Shown piece after piece: positions 51,379 through 60,675 of a stretch of 64,000 bases of DNA. The stretch's first letter is position 1; every line of letters begins with the position of its first letter. Below the pieces are notes generated by a model that searched no databases, was not told the DNA's origin, and saw nothing but the letters and a program-made list of their open reading frames with translations. The translations under genes were made by a program, and so were the position numbers. Source of the DNA: Alphaproteobacteria bacterium (GTDB lineage: Bacteria > Pseudomonadota > Alphaproteobacteria > SHVV01); contig OZ253470.1 in the NCBI GenBank assembly GCA_965261735.1, positions 128,001-192,000 of the forward strand, written 5' to 3'.

Positions 51379-51459
51379 CCGCGCTTCAGGTGTCCCAACT
51401 TAGGACAAGCCACCCGGCTCTTCCTGGCAAACTAGGCCACCCAGCCTCAAACTCGGCCA

Positions 51460-52137
51460 CTACCCGCCGGCGGGGGACCGCGCAAGGACATCGCGGGCCA
51501 ACGCGATCGTGACGTTGCGGCCCTCGGCGAGCGCCGCGCCGTCGAGCGCTCCGACGCACGCGCGAGCCGCGGCGAACGAGCGTTCCATGCGCGTCACCAG
51601 GTAGCGGATGACGCCCTCGTCGACGCTGAGCTGGCGGTCATCGAACAGCTTGGCGAGAACCGCGGCGAGCAGCGCATCGTCGGGCGCGGCGAGGCCGACG
51701 GCGGGAAGCCCGCGCAGCCGCGAGGCTAGATCCGGGAGCGCCACGCGCCATCGCGCCGGCGCGGTGCGCGCGGTCATCAGCAACGAGCCACCGGCCTCGC
51801 GCAGCCGGTTGTAGAGGTGCAACAGCCCGGGCTCGCCGACGCCTCCATCGGCGCCCTCTAGCGCGACCGCCCTGTGCATCTCCGCTTCGGGCGCAAAAGC
51901 CATGCCGCCCAGGGCGCCTGCCGTCGCGACCCGTGCGCCGGAACGCGCCTGCCAGACGCGCACGAGGTGCGTCTTCCCACTAGCCGGCGGGCCGAACAGG
52001 ACGAGACCGTGGGCCGGCCAATCGGGCCAGCGGTCGAGCCACGCGACGGCAGCCTCGTTGCCGGGGGCGACGAAAAAATCTTCCTCCCCAAGGGCCGGCC
52101 GGTGGGGCAGGTCGAACGCCAGCTGCCGCGTCGTCAT
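51460..52137 (-). CDS. hdaA: DnaA regulatory inactivator HdaA
   Basis: N-terminal clamp motif QLAFDL; GPPASGKTHL, LHLYN, DLASRL and RMERS motifs. The stop codon is supplied by the IS end. Confidence 0.9.
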   Translation of the reverse strand: MTTRQLAFDLPHRPALGEEDFFVAPGNEAAVAWLDRWPDWPAHGLVLFGPPASGKTHLVRVWQARSGARVATAGALGGMAFAPEAEMHRAVALEGADGGVGEPGLLHLYNRLREAGGSLLMTARTAPARWRVALPDLASRLRGLPAVGLAAPDDALLAAVLAKLFDDRQLSVDEGVIRYLVTRMERSFAAARACVGALDGAALAEGRNVTIALARDVLARSPAGG

Positions 52138-53225
52138 GGCTCCGGCGGCCCGCCCGAAGCGGCGCCACCGGGGCCGAGGAAGACGCGGCTCGTTTGGTAG
52201 CGATGGAGCAGGAAACGGGCGAGGACGCCGAGGACGGCCGCGGCGGGCACCGCGATAAGCACGCCGATGAACCCGAACAGTGCGCCCCCCGCCAGGAGCG
52301 AGAAGATGATCCATACCGGATGCAGGCCGACGCGCTGACCGACCAGCCACGGCGAGAGGAAATTGCCTTCCACCGCTTGACCGACCGCGAAGATGGCGAC
52401 GACGAGAACGATAGGGGTCAGGTCGGGCCAGAACTGCAGGAAGGCGAACAGCAACGACACGGCCAGGGTGACGATAGCGCCGACATAGGGGATGAATGCC
52501 AGGATCCCGCCGAGCAGGCCGATGACCAGGCCGAAATCTAGGCCGATGAGCGACAGCGCGGCGGCGTAAAAGACGCCAAGCGATAGGCAGACGAGGGCTT
52601 GGCCGCGCAGGAAACCGGCGAGCGCCGCGTCGATGAGCCCGAGCTGCTCGCGCACGACGTCGGCGTGCTGGCGCGGCAACCAGCCATCGACTCTGGCCAC
52701 GAGGTGATCCCAGTCGCGCAGAAGATAGAAGGTGACGACGGGCGTTATGAAGATCAGGGACAGGACGTTGAAGAAAGCGATGCCGCCACTCCACAGGCGC
52801 GCGATCAGGTGGCCGACCCAACCCGCGGCACCGTCGACGAGCCCGGGCAGCGCTTCGCGCACGTCCTGGCCGGCCTCGATCGATAGGGCGGATACGAGCC
52901 GATCGGCGATCGGCGCCGCGGCCTCTTGGACCGAGCGTACGTAGGCCGGCAGACGCTCGACGAATCCGAGGACCTGCCCTTGGACGACGGGGAACAATAG
53001 GATCGCCAACGCGATGACGAGGGCGAAGAAGACCGCCGTGACCACACTCGTCGCCAGGGTGCGCGACAGGCCCCAGGCCTCGAGCCGATCGACGAGGGGA
53101 TCGAGGAGATAGGCGACGCCAAGCCCGGCGACGAACGGCAACAGGATGCTGCGGAGGACGAATAGAACGAGGGCCGCCACGAGCAAACCGGCGAGCCAAA
53201 AGAGGAGTTCGCGGCGTGCCGTCAC
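52134..53225 (-). CDS. AI-2E family transporter
   Basis: AYLLDPLVD, FYLLRDW, FLRGQ, IPYVG and GLHPVW motifs; multiple TM segments. Confidence 0.92.
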   Translation of the reverse strand: MTARRELLFWLAGLLVAALVLFVLRSILLPFVAGLGVAYLLDPLVDRLEAWGLSRTLATSVVTAVFFALVIALAILLFPVVQGQVLGFVERLPAYVRSVQEAAAPIADRLVSALSIEAGQDVREALPGLVDGAAGWVGHLIARLWSGGIAFFNVLSLIFITPVVTFYLLRDWDHLVARVDGWLPRQHADVVREQLGLIDAALAGFLRGQALVCLSLGVFYAAALSLIGLDFGLVIGLLGGILAFIPYVGAIVTLAVSLLFAFLQFWPDLTPIVLVVAIFAVGQAVEGNFLSPWLVGQRVGLHPVWIIFSLLAGGALFGFIGVLIAVPAAAVLGVLARFLLHRYQTSRVFLGPGGAASGGPPEP

Positions 53226-53767
53226 CGCGCGTCACCCAAGCCCTGGGTGCGCCGAACCCATGCCACCAGATACGTCGCGCCCGACAACAGGGTCGTCGTG
53301 GCGACCAACAGGATGAGTGCCATCTCGATGACGGGAAACGCAACCTCGAACCCCGTTTGTCCGAGCACGAGCGCCGCCAGCCCGATCTGCAGCGCGGTAT
53401 TTGCCTTGCTAACGATTAGCGGGCGCATCCAGAGAGGCTGTCCCAGCGTGAAGGCGAGAAGAGCGCCGCCGATAATGAGGAAATCGCGCGATACGACGAG
53501 GATCACGAGCCACAGCGGCAGATGACCTTGTTGGCCGAGGGTGACGTAAATGGTGACGAGTAGGACCTTGTCCGCGATCGGATCGAGGTAACGGCCGAGC
53601 TGCGTGGTCGCGTTGAAGCGCTTGGCGAGGTAGCCGTCGATGGCATCCGACAGGCCGGCGGCAAGGAAGACCCAGAACGCGAGCCGCATGTTTCCGACGA
53701 TCATCAACCACACGGTGAGCGGCACCGCGAGCACGCGCCCGAGGCTGATCAGGTTGGGCAGGTTCAC
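53222..53767 (-). CDS. CDP-alcohol phosphatidyltransferase
   Basis: NLPNLIS-R and D-IDG-LAK...G--LDPIADK motifs. Confidence 0.92.
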   Translation of the reverse strand: MNLPNLISLGRVLAVPLTVWLMIVGNMRLAFWVFLAAGLSDAIDGYLAKRFNATTQLGRYLDPIADKVLLVTIYVTLGQQGHLPLWLVILVVSRDFLIIGGALLAFTLGQPLWMRPLIVSKANTALQIGLAALVLGQTGFEVAFPVIEMALILLVATTTLLSGATYLVAWVRRTQGLGDAR

Positions 53768-54927
53768 TGCTTGACCGCCGGCCCCGGCACCGCGGTGGAC
53801 GCGGGTGCGCCCGCCCCACCGAAGCGCAGCGTCCAGAAGCCGTCCTCGGACTCTGCGAGATCGAGATCGCGCTGCGCCAATTCGGTGGCCAGCTGGCTCG
53901 CGTCACCCAGGTAGTGAAGGACGACCTGCGCCGAGTTGCGCGACAACGATTCGAGCTCGACTTCCTGGACGAGCGCCGTCTCGCCGAGCCGTTTTCGCAT
54001 CGCTACCCATTCGGCGAGCCCGGAGAGCGGAACGGTGGCACTGAGGCGGACCTCGCGGTCAAAGCGAAGGAGCGTTTCGCTCTTCCAGCGCTCCTGAATG
54101 CCGACGTCAAGCGCGGCAACAGCCTGCGCCAGAAGCGCCTCGACTTCGTCGCGTGACTCGCCGGTAAAGCTCTCGATCACGACACCCCCGCCCGCCCCCA
54201 GGTAGCTGCGCAAGCTTACATGCAGACGCGGGCGATTGGCGGCAAGATCGACCTCCAGCCGGGCATCCGCGACGACGATGTCGGCGACGCCGTGGTGGGC
54301 CGCCAGTACCCCCAGGCGCCCGGCGTTGCCGACACGCGCCTGAGCCGCGCTAATGGCGACGACATCGGCTAGGTCACCCTCCGGCAAGCGCAAGGACACC
54401 GGTGCGTCGCCATCAACCGGACGGTTGCGCCACGCGGCAAACCAGGGGTTGGGATCGTCCCACAGCAAGAGGGCCCCGGCGACCTCGTAGAGCGGTAGAA
54501 CCAGAAGCGGCTTTCGGGTCGCTTCAGTGAAAGGAATCCCGTCGTCTCTTAGCATGCGGCGCACACTCTTGTTCTTAAAGCCAACGGTTAAGGTTGCGAG
54601 ATAACGTACGGAGGACGTGCGCTCGTTCGATATCTGCAGGCTACTGACGAGAGCGGTGACCTGGGCGTCGTCGAGCCTCGGATGGCGCGCATGGTCGGCG
54701 CGCAGCGTGAGCCGGCGCAGGAGCCGGTCGAGGGCGCGGCGCTGGCCATCGATCAGTGCCAGGTCGCGGGCCTTGGCGGCGGTTTCCGCCTTGGCGTCCA
54801 CTTCAACTGCCGCAACCGTGAAGAGTTCCGCGGGCTCGGCCAGGACCGCGTGCGGCGCCGCGAAAACCAGGCTGGCGATGACGAGCCGCAGGACGCGCGC
54901 GCGTACCAAGCCCCGCGGAAGGAACAT
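53764..54927 (-). CDS. DUF2066 family exported protein
   Basis: Signal peptide; V-VDAKA-TA--AR--A, Y-ATL-V-F and LLW---NPW--AW patterns; conserved position next to the CDP-alcohol transferase/AI-2E/hdaA genes. Confidence 0.75.
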   Translation of the reverse strand: MFLPRGLVRARVLRLVIASLVFAAPHAVLAEPAELFTVAAVEVDAKAETAAKARDLALIDGQRRALDRLLRRLTLRADHARHPRLDDAQVTALVSSLQISNERTSSVRYLATLTVGFKNKSVRRMLRDDGIPFTEATRKPLLVLPLYEVAGALLLWDDPNPWFAAWRNRPVDGDAPVSLRLPEGDLADVVAISAAQARVGNAGRLGVLAAHHGVADIVVADARLEVDLAANRPRLHVSLRSYLGAGGGVVIESFTGESRDEVEALLAQAVAALDVGIQERWKSETLLRFDREVRLSATVPLSGLAEWVAMRKRLGETALVQEVELESLSRNSAQVVLHYLGDASQLATELAQRDLDLAESEDGFWTLRFGGAGAPASTAVPGPAVKQ

Positions 54928-55077
54928 TGCAAACGATCCGTGATGGAGTATGTTCGAGCCCCTAGGCCAAGCATATCGTATCGGTGGGGACACCATCAAC
55001 CGCCACGCCCTTACGACGGTACCCGGCGGATGGGCCGCGGCGGCGTGCTGGCCCGGCAATAGAGCACGCTTTCGGCC

Positions 55078-55725
55078 ATGGCTCGCCTAAGAGTTGCGGC
55101 GCTAATCTCAGGCCGCGGCAGCAATCTCGAAGCCCTCGCCGACGCCTGCGATTCACCCGACTATCCGGCCGAAATCGCGCTGGTCGTCTCCAACAACCGC
55201 GACGCGGCCGGGCTCGATCGAGCGGCGCGGCGCGGCATCGCACGATGTGTGGTCGACCACCGCGAGTTCGCCGACAAGTCATCGTTCGAGGCCGCGCTTA
55301 CGGCGGCGCTGGAAGCCGCCGGCGCAGAACTCGTGTGTCTCGCCGGCTTCATGCGGCTCCTGTCGGCCCCCTTCGTCGAGCGCTGGCGCGATCGGCTGAT
55401 CAATATTCACCCCTCCCTGCTACCCGCGTTCCGCGGCCTCCACACCCACGAGCAGGCGTTGGCGACCGGCGTGCGAATCGCCGGCTGCACTGTTCATTTC
55501 GTGCGCGCCGACATGGATGCGGGACCGATCATCGTGCAGGCGGCGGTGCCGGTCGCGCCTGGTGATTCGGCAGAGAGCCTGGCGGAGAGGGTGCTCGCGG
55601 CGGAGCACCGCTGCTACCCGTTAGCGGTACGCTGGATCGCGGAGGGGCGTGTCAAGGTCGAGGGCGAGTCGGTGGTGATCGCGGGCGCGGAGGCGGCTCA
55701 CGAGCCGTTGATCAATCCGCTGTAG
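55078..55725 (+). CDS. purN: Phosphoribosylglycinamide formyltransferase
   Basis: ISGRGSNL, LAGFMR, NIHPSLLP, GCTVHFV and D-GPII motifs. Confidence 0.96.
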   Translation: MARLRVAALISGRGSNLEALADACDSPDYPAEIALVVSNNRDAAGLDRAARRGIARCVVDHREFADKSSFEAALTAALEAAGAELVCLAGFMRLLSAPFVERWRDRLINIHPSLLPAFRGLHTHEQALATGVRIAGCTVHFVRADMDAGPIIVQAAVPVAPGDSAESLAERVLAAEHRCYPLAVRWIAEGRVKVEGESVVIAGAEAAHEPLINPL

Positions 55726-55762
55726 CCCTGAGAACCGGGCGCGCGCCCGGCTCAGCCCGGCC

Positions 55763-56185
55763 TCACCCCACGATGTCGATGACGCCGAAGAAGAAGGCGA
55801 TCTCGAAGGCAGCGGTCGCTTCGGAATCCGACCCGTGTACCGAATTGGCTTCGATCGATTTGGCGAAGTCCTTGCGAATAGTGCCCGGCGCCGCGTCGGC
55901 GGGATTAGTCGCTCCCATGATGTCGCGATGAAGGGCGATGGCGCCCTCGCCCTCTAGGACCTGAGCGACGACCGGGCCCGTCGTCATGAAGTCGCACAGC
56001 TGATCGAAAAAAGGCCGCTCGCGATGCACCGCGTAGAAGTCCTCGGCCTGGGCCCGCGTCAGCTGCAGCCGGCGCTGCGCGATAATGCGAAGGCCGGCTT
56101 CCTCGAAGCGGGCGTTGATCGGCCCGGTCAGGTTGCGTCGCGTGGCATCGGGCTTGAGGATCGACAATGTTCTCTCGACGGCCAT
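55763..56185 (-). CDS. ndk: Nucleoside diphosphate kinase
   Basis: [21 protein letters not shown] and NSVHGSDS motifs. Confidence 0.97.
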   Translation of the reverse strand: MAVERTLSILKPDATRRNLTGPINARFEEAGLRIIAQRRLQLTRAQAEDFYAVHRERPFFDQLCDFMTTGPVVAQVLEGEGAIALHRDIMGATNPADAAPGTIRKDFAKSIEANSVHGSDSEATAAFEIAFFFGVIDIVG

Positions 56186-56371
56186 GGCGCCAACATCCGG
56201 GAGTGAGGGCGGAACGCCGCGCGTTATAAAGGCTTGCCTTCGCCCCGGCAACCGCAATGCTAGCCTTCGCGCTTCTTGGTGCTTCGAGGAGGGCCGATCG
56301 TGAACGCAGAGGCGCGCGGCCGGACCGCGCTAGGGCCTCAAGAACGAGGCCGGCGCGCTGAGACCGCGGCC

Positions 56372-56821
56372 TCAGTCGGCCCGCCGCCAGGCGCCGTCCG
56401 CCGACTGCTGCCAGTAGGTGAGCGCGTGGCCGCTCGCGCTCAGGGCCTTCAAGCGCTCGCGGGCGTGGGCCACGGCGTCGGGGTCGTTACCATCGAACAT
56501 ATCGAGGCAGCGGTCGAACGGGTCGAGATGGTCCGGTACGACGCCGTCGACGAGGACGAGGACGTTCGCGCGGTTGGGGTTGTCCTCGCTCGTCGCGAGA
56601 TAGATCGGCTGATCGGCGGCGTTGCCGTCGTGGGGGCCGCCGTGAGGCAGGAACGAGCGCTGCTCGTACGTCCACAGCGCCCGGTTCAGCGCTTCGAGGC
56701 GCTCCTCGGAACCTACCAACACGAGCACCCGGTGGCCGCGCTCCAGGACCTTTTCCAGCAGTTTCGGGAGCGCCCGCTCGAGCGCCACGCGCTGTAGATG
56801 GTAAAAGCTGATGTCCGTCAA
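56372..56821 (-). CDS. holC: DNA polymerase III subunit chi
   Basis: FYHL, LPKLLEK, LWT...SFLPH, AR-R and YWQQ motifs. Confidence 0.93.
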   Translation of the reverse strand: MTDISFYHLQRVALERALPKLLEKVLERGHRVLVLVGSEERLEALNRALWTYEQRSFLPHGGPHDGNAADQPIYLATSEDNPNRANVLVLVDGVVPDHLDPFDRCLDMFDGNDPDAVAHARERLKALSASGHALTYWQQSADGAWRRAD

Positions 56822-56837
56822 CACACGCCCCGCGGGG

Positions 56838-58334
56838 CTAGCCCTCGTAGTGCTCGGCAACTAGGCGATCGAGGAGCCGGACACCGAAGCCCGTACCGCC
56901 CTTGGGCACGGTGGGGGTCGCCTTCTTCGACCAGGTCGTGCCCGCGATGTCGAGGTGCGCCCATGGCGTCTTGTTGACGAAGCGCTGCAGGAAGAGTGCC
57001 GCGCTGATGCTGCCCGCGCTGCGCCCGGCACCGACGTTCTTCATGTCGGCGATATCGGAGTCGATGTCCGTTTCATAGGACTCGTGGAGGGGCAGGCGCC
57101 ACACATGCTCGGCCTCACAGAGACCGGCGTGCATGATCCGAGCCGCGAGCTCGTCGTCGTTGGAGAACAGGCCGGCGTGGCTATGCCCGAGTGCGACGAT
57201 AATGGCGCCGGTCAGCGTCGCCAGGTCGATCATCGCCTTCGGCTTGAAGCGGTTCTGGGTGTACCAGAGGGCATCGGCAAGGACCAGCCGGCCCTCGGCA
57301 TCGGTGTTGATGACCTCGATGGTCTGACCGGAGAGGGACTTGACCACGTCGCCGGGCCGCTGCGCCGTCGCCGACGGCAGGTTCTCCACCAGGCCGATCA
57401 CGCCGACGGCGTTGACCCCTGCCTTACGCGCCGCCAGGGCCCGCATCAGGCCGATGACGACGGCCGAGCCGCCCATGTCCCACTTCATCTCTTCCATCCC
57501 GGAGCTGGGCTTGATCGAGATTCCACCCGAGTCGAAGGTCACGCCCTTGCCGACGAAGGCAATGGGCTTGCCGCCCTGCCGGCGTGCGCCGTTCCATTGC
57601 ATCACGACGAGCTGGGGTTCGTGCGAGCTGCCCTGGGCCACGCCAAGCAGGGCCCTCATGCCCAGTTTGTCCATGCGGGCCCGGCCCATTACCTCGACCT
57701 TGACGCCCAGTTTGGAGAGGCCGCGGGCGTGCTGCGCCAGGCTCTTGGGGAAGATCACGTTGGCCGGCTCGGACACCAGGTTGCGCGTTAGGATTACGCC
57801 ATCCGCGATATTGTCGAGACGGGTGTAAGCGCGGCGCGCCCTCGCCGCCTGCGCCACCATCATCGTCAGCGTCTTCAGGCTCGGCTTCCGGTCCGGCTTC
57901 TCCTTGGTCCGGTAGTGGTCGAAGCGGTAGCCGCCGAGGCGCGCTCCGTAGGCGATGTGTGCCGCGGTATCGGCCGCCCTCATTTTCGCGCCTGCGATCC
58001 CGTCCACGGTTATGCAGGCCACACTCTCGCCCGACTTGTTGAGGAGGCCGACGATCTTCCCGCCAAACGCCTCCATCGCGAGTGCGTCGATGTCACCGGC
58101 CTGGCCCAACCCAGCCAGCACGATCCGGCTTGCCGCGATGCCAGACGGCGCCACGATTTCGAGCTGCTGGTTCTTGTCACCGGTGAAGCGGCTCGAGCGC
58201 AGCGCTCGCTTCACCGCGCCCCCGGTTCGGCCGTCAACCAACCGCGCGGTGGGCGTGAGCTCGCCACCTTTGAGGACGCCAACGACGATGGCGCCCCGGC
58301 GCGGTAGAGTTATGTCCTTGAATTCCGTCTTCAT
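56838..58334 (-). CDS. pepA: Leucyl aminopeptidase (M17)
   Basis: VGKGVTFDSGG, MKWDMGG, NTDAEGRL and HLDIAG motifs. Confidence 0.96.
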   Translation of the reverse strand: MKTEFKDITLPRRGAIVVGVLKGGELTPTARLVDGRTGGAVKRALRSSRFTGDKNQQLEIVAPSGIAASRIVLAGLGQAGDIDALAMEAFGGKIVGLLNKSGESVACITVDGIAGAKMRAADTAAHIAYGARLGGYRFDHYRTKEKPDRKPSLKTLTMMVAQAARARRAYTRLDNIADGVILTRNLVSEPANVIFPKSLAQHARGLSKLGVKVEVMGRARMDKLGMRALLGVAQGSSHEPQLVVMQWNGARRQGGKPIAFVGKGVTFDSGGISIKPSSGMEEMKWDMGGSAVVIGLMRALAARKAGVNAVGVIGLVENLPSATAQRPGDVVKSLSGQTIEVINTDAEGRLVLADALWYTQNRFKPKAMIDLATLTGAIIVALGHSHAGLFSNDDELAARIMHAGLCEAEHVWRLPLHESYETDIDSDIADMKNVGAGRSAGSISAALFLQRFVNKTPWAHLDIAGTTWSKKATPTVPKGGTGFGVRLLDRLVAEHYEG

Positions 58335-58456
58335 GGAAGCCTCTGGCTGAGGAGCGGCGGGTTTTGGGCGGGCACATATTAGTCAACTGCCGGACAAAGG
58401 AAAGACGCAACTGTGCGGGCTACCCTCCGCGCGCCGAGAACGACTAGAATGGCGGC

Positions 58457-59578
58457 ATGAGCGGCGCCACACGCTACATCCTGAGGCAGTTGATCGGGCC
58501 GGTGATCTTCGTCACCTTGGCGCTTACCGGGGTCGTGTGGTTGACACAGAGCCTCCGCCTCCTCGACCTCATCATCAACCGCGGGCTCTCGGCCACCAGC
58601 TTCTTCACCATGACGATGCTGCTGCTACCGGGATTCCTCGCACTCATCCTGCCGACGGCCCTGTTCTGCGCCATTATCTTCGTCTACAACCGACTCAGCG
58701 CCGACAGCGAGCTCGTGGTCATGCGGGCCACCGGCCTCGGCCCGATGTCGCTCGCGGCACCAGGAATCCTGCTGGCGATCATCGTTGCCGTTATCGGCTA
58801 TGCGCTCGCGCTCTACTTCATGCCGGCCGGATTTCGTAGCTTCAAGGACCAACAATCCGAGGTGCGCGGCAACTACGCGACGGTCCTGCTTCAGGAAGGA
58901 ACATTCAACAACTTGGCCGACGGATTGACGGTGTACGTCCGAGCCCGCGAACGCAGCGGCGAGTTGCTCGGCATCTTGATCCACGACAGCCGCAATACGG
59001 AAAAGCAGGTCACGATGATGGCCGAACGAGGGGCCCTGCTCGCCGGCGCCGAGGGCCCGCAATTCGTCATGTTCAGGGGCAATCTCCAAGAGTTCGATGC
59101 CCAGCGCGAGCGCGTGTCGTTGCTTCACTTCGACCGCTACACGCTCGACCTCGGGCAGTTCAATGCGACGCGAGGGCCGCGCTGGCGCGAGCCCGGGGAG
59201 CGCTTTCTGTATGAGCTGTTGTCGCCCGGTGACAGCGCCGACGACCGCCAGAATGTCCTCAAGTTCAAGGCCGAGGCGCACCGTCGCCTGACCACGCCGC
59301 TGCTTGCGCTTACCTTTGCTTTTGTCGGGCTCGCGAGCATTCTTTCCGGCGAGTACAACCGGCGGCTCGCCTGGCAGCGCATCCTGCTCGCGGCGGCGGT
59401 GGCGATCGCGGTCCAGGCCGTGGGCCTGGGCCTTACGCCTCTGCTGGAACGTCGGCCCGAGTTCGCGCTCCTCATGTACCTCAACGTCGTCCTGCCGATT
59501 GTCGCCAGCGTCGTCGTCCTTCTGGGTCCGCGTTGGCGCTGGTCGCGCTCTGCCGGTGCGCCGGCACGGGCCGGCTGA
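58457..59578 (+). CDS. lptF: LPS export permease LptF
   Basis: YjgP/YjgQ topology; DSELVVMRATG motif; first gene of the pair. Confidence 0.9.
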   Translation: MSGATRYILRQLIGPVIFVTLALTGVVWLTQSLRLLDLIINRGLSATSFFTMTMLLLPGFLALILPTALFCAIIFVYNRLSADSELVVMRATGLGPMSLAAPGILLAIIVAVIGYALALYFMPAGFRSFKDQQSEVRGNYATVLLQEGTFNNLADGLTVYVRARERSGELLGILIHDSRNTEKQVTMMAERGALLAGAEGPQFVMFRGNLQEFDAQRERVSLLHFDRYTLDLGQFNATRGPRWREPGERFLYELLSPGDSADDRQNVLKFKAEAHRRLTTPLLALTFAFVGLASILSGEYNRRLAWQRILLAAAVAIAVQAVGLGLTPLLERRPEFALLMYLNVVLPIVASVVVLLGPRWRWSRSAGAPARAG

Positions 59579-60672
59579 TGCGGCTTTCCGCCACCCTGCT
59601 GGCCTATCTCGGCCGCCAGTTCCTGGTCGGTATCGGCGTGGCGCTGTGCGTGCTGCTCTTCCTCGTGCTCCTGTTCGACATCGTGGAGCTGATGCGCAGG
59701 GCCTCGGGTCGCGAGGCCGCCACGTTCAATCTTCTGGTCGCGATGGCGCTTTTGAAACTGCCGTTCCTGGCACAAAAGGTGCTGCCCTTCGCCACCCTGT
59801 TCGGCGGCCTGTTCGTTTTCCTTCGCCTGACCCGCAACCAGGAACTCATCATTGCACGCGCTGCGGGTGTTTCGGTGTGGCAGTTCCTGATGCCGGCCCT
59901 TTTCATCGCCGTGCTCGGTGGGACCTTCGTGGTCACGGCGATCAATCCGCTGACCTCGGCGACAATGTCGCGCTACGAGCAGCTCGAGGCCAGGTACCTG
60001 CGCGGCCGCCCCAACCTGCTCTCGGTATCGCCATCCGGCCTGTGGCTGCGCCAGGCCGACGCCAACGGCCAGTCGGTGATCCACGCGGCCAGCGTGTCGC
60101 AGAAGGGAACCGATCTCGAGAACGTCACCATCTTCCTTTACCAGGAGGGTGATCGCTTCGAGCGCCGGATCGACGCGCGCCGCGCGCGGCTCGCCGACGG
60201 CTTCTGGCTGCTCGCCGACGCCATGATCACCGGTCTTGAGGGGGCGCCCCAGTTCCGCACCCGCTACCGAGTCGCGACGCCGCTCACCGAGGCACGCATT
60301 CAGGACAGCTTCGCCTCCCCCGAGACGATGTCCTTCTGGGCATTGCCGGAGTTCATCAAGATGATGGAGGCGGCGGGATTCACGGCTGTCAAGCATCGGC
60401 TGCACTGGCATTCCGTGATGGCGCTGCCGCTCCTGCTCAGCGCAATGATCCTGATTGCAGCGGCGTTCTCGCTGCGTCACATGCGCCGCAGCGGCACGGG
60501 CCTTCTCATCGTGGGCTGCGTGCTCGCCGGGTTCCTGCTGTATTTCCTCTCCGACCTGGTGCTCGCGCTCGGCCTGTCGGGAGCCATTCCGGTCGTCCTG
60601 GCGGCGTGGGCGCCGGCCGGCGTGAGCACGCTCCTCGGCCTCGCCGCGCTCTTTCATCTCGAAGACGGCTAG
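59578..60672 (+). CDS. lptG: LPS export permease LptG
   Basis: ELIIARAAGVSVWQF, GLWLRQ and C-terminal LEDG; TGATG overlap with lptF. Confidence 0.9.
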   Translation: MRLSATLLAYLGRQFLVGIGVALCVLLFLVLLFDIVELMRRASGREAATFNLLVAMALLKLPFLAQKVLPFATLFGGLFVFLRLTRNQELIIARAAGVSVWQFLMPALFIAVLGGTFVVTAINPLTSATMSRYEQLEARYLRGRPNLLSVSPSGLWLRQADANGQSVIHAASVSQKGTDLENVTIFLYQEGDRFERRIDARRARLADGFWLLADAMITGLEGAPQFRTRYRVATPLTEARIQDSFASPETMSFWALPEFIKMMEAAGFTAVKHRLHWHSVMALPLLLSAMILIAAAFSLRHMRRSGTGLLIVGCVLAGFLLYFLSDLVLALGLSGAIPVVLAAWAPAGVSTLLGLAALFHLEDG

Positions 60673-60675
60673 CCG

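Larger units (their letters stand above)
46628..51464 (-). mobile_element. IS1-family element/transposon with passenger DNA, disrupted by nested insertions
   Basis: Ends GGTACTGGCCTAATTCG / GGTAGTGGCCGAGTTTG; 8-bp TSD CGCCGGCG at 46620-46627 and 51465-51472. Confidence 0.82.

Noticed and set aside
51391-51464. Short repeats as a mini CRISPR or iteron array
   Set aside because: Too short, without spacers, cas or rep genes; they coincide with a transposon end.
51460-53343. 627-aa ORF upstream-extended from hdaA (likewise the 576-aa extension of hppD)
   Set aside because: The N-terminal extensions are off-frame overlaps with neighbouring genes; the true starts are 52137 and 24213.
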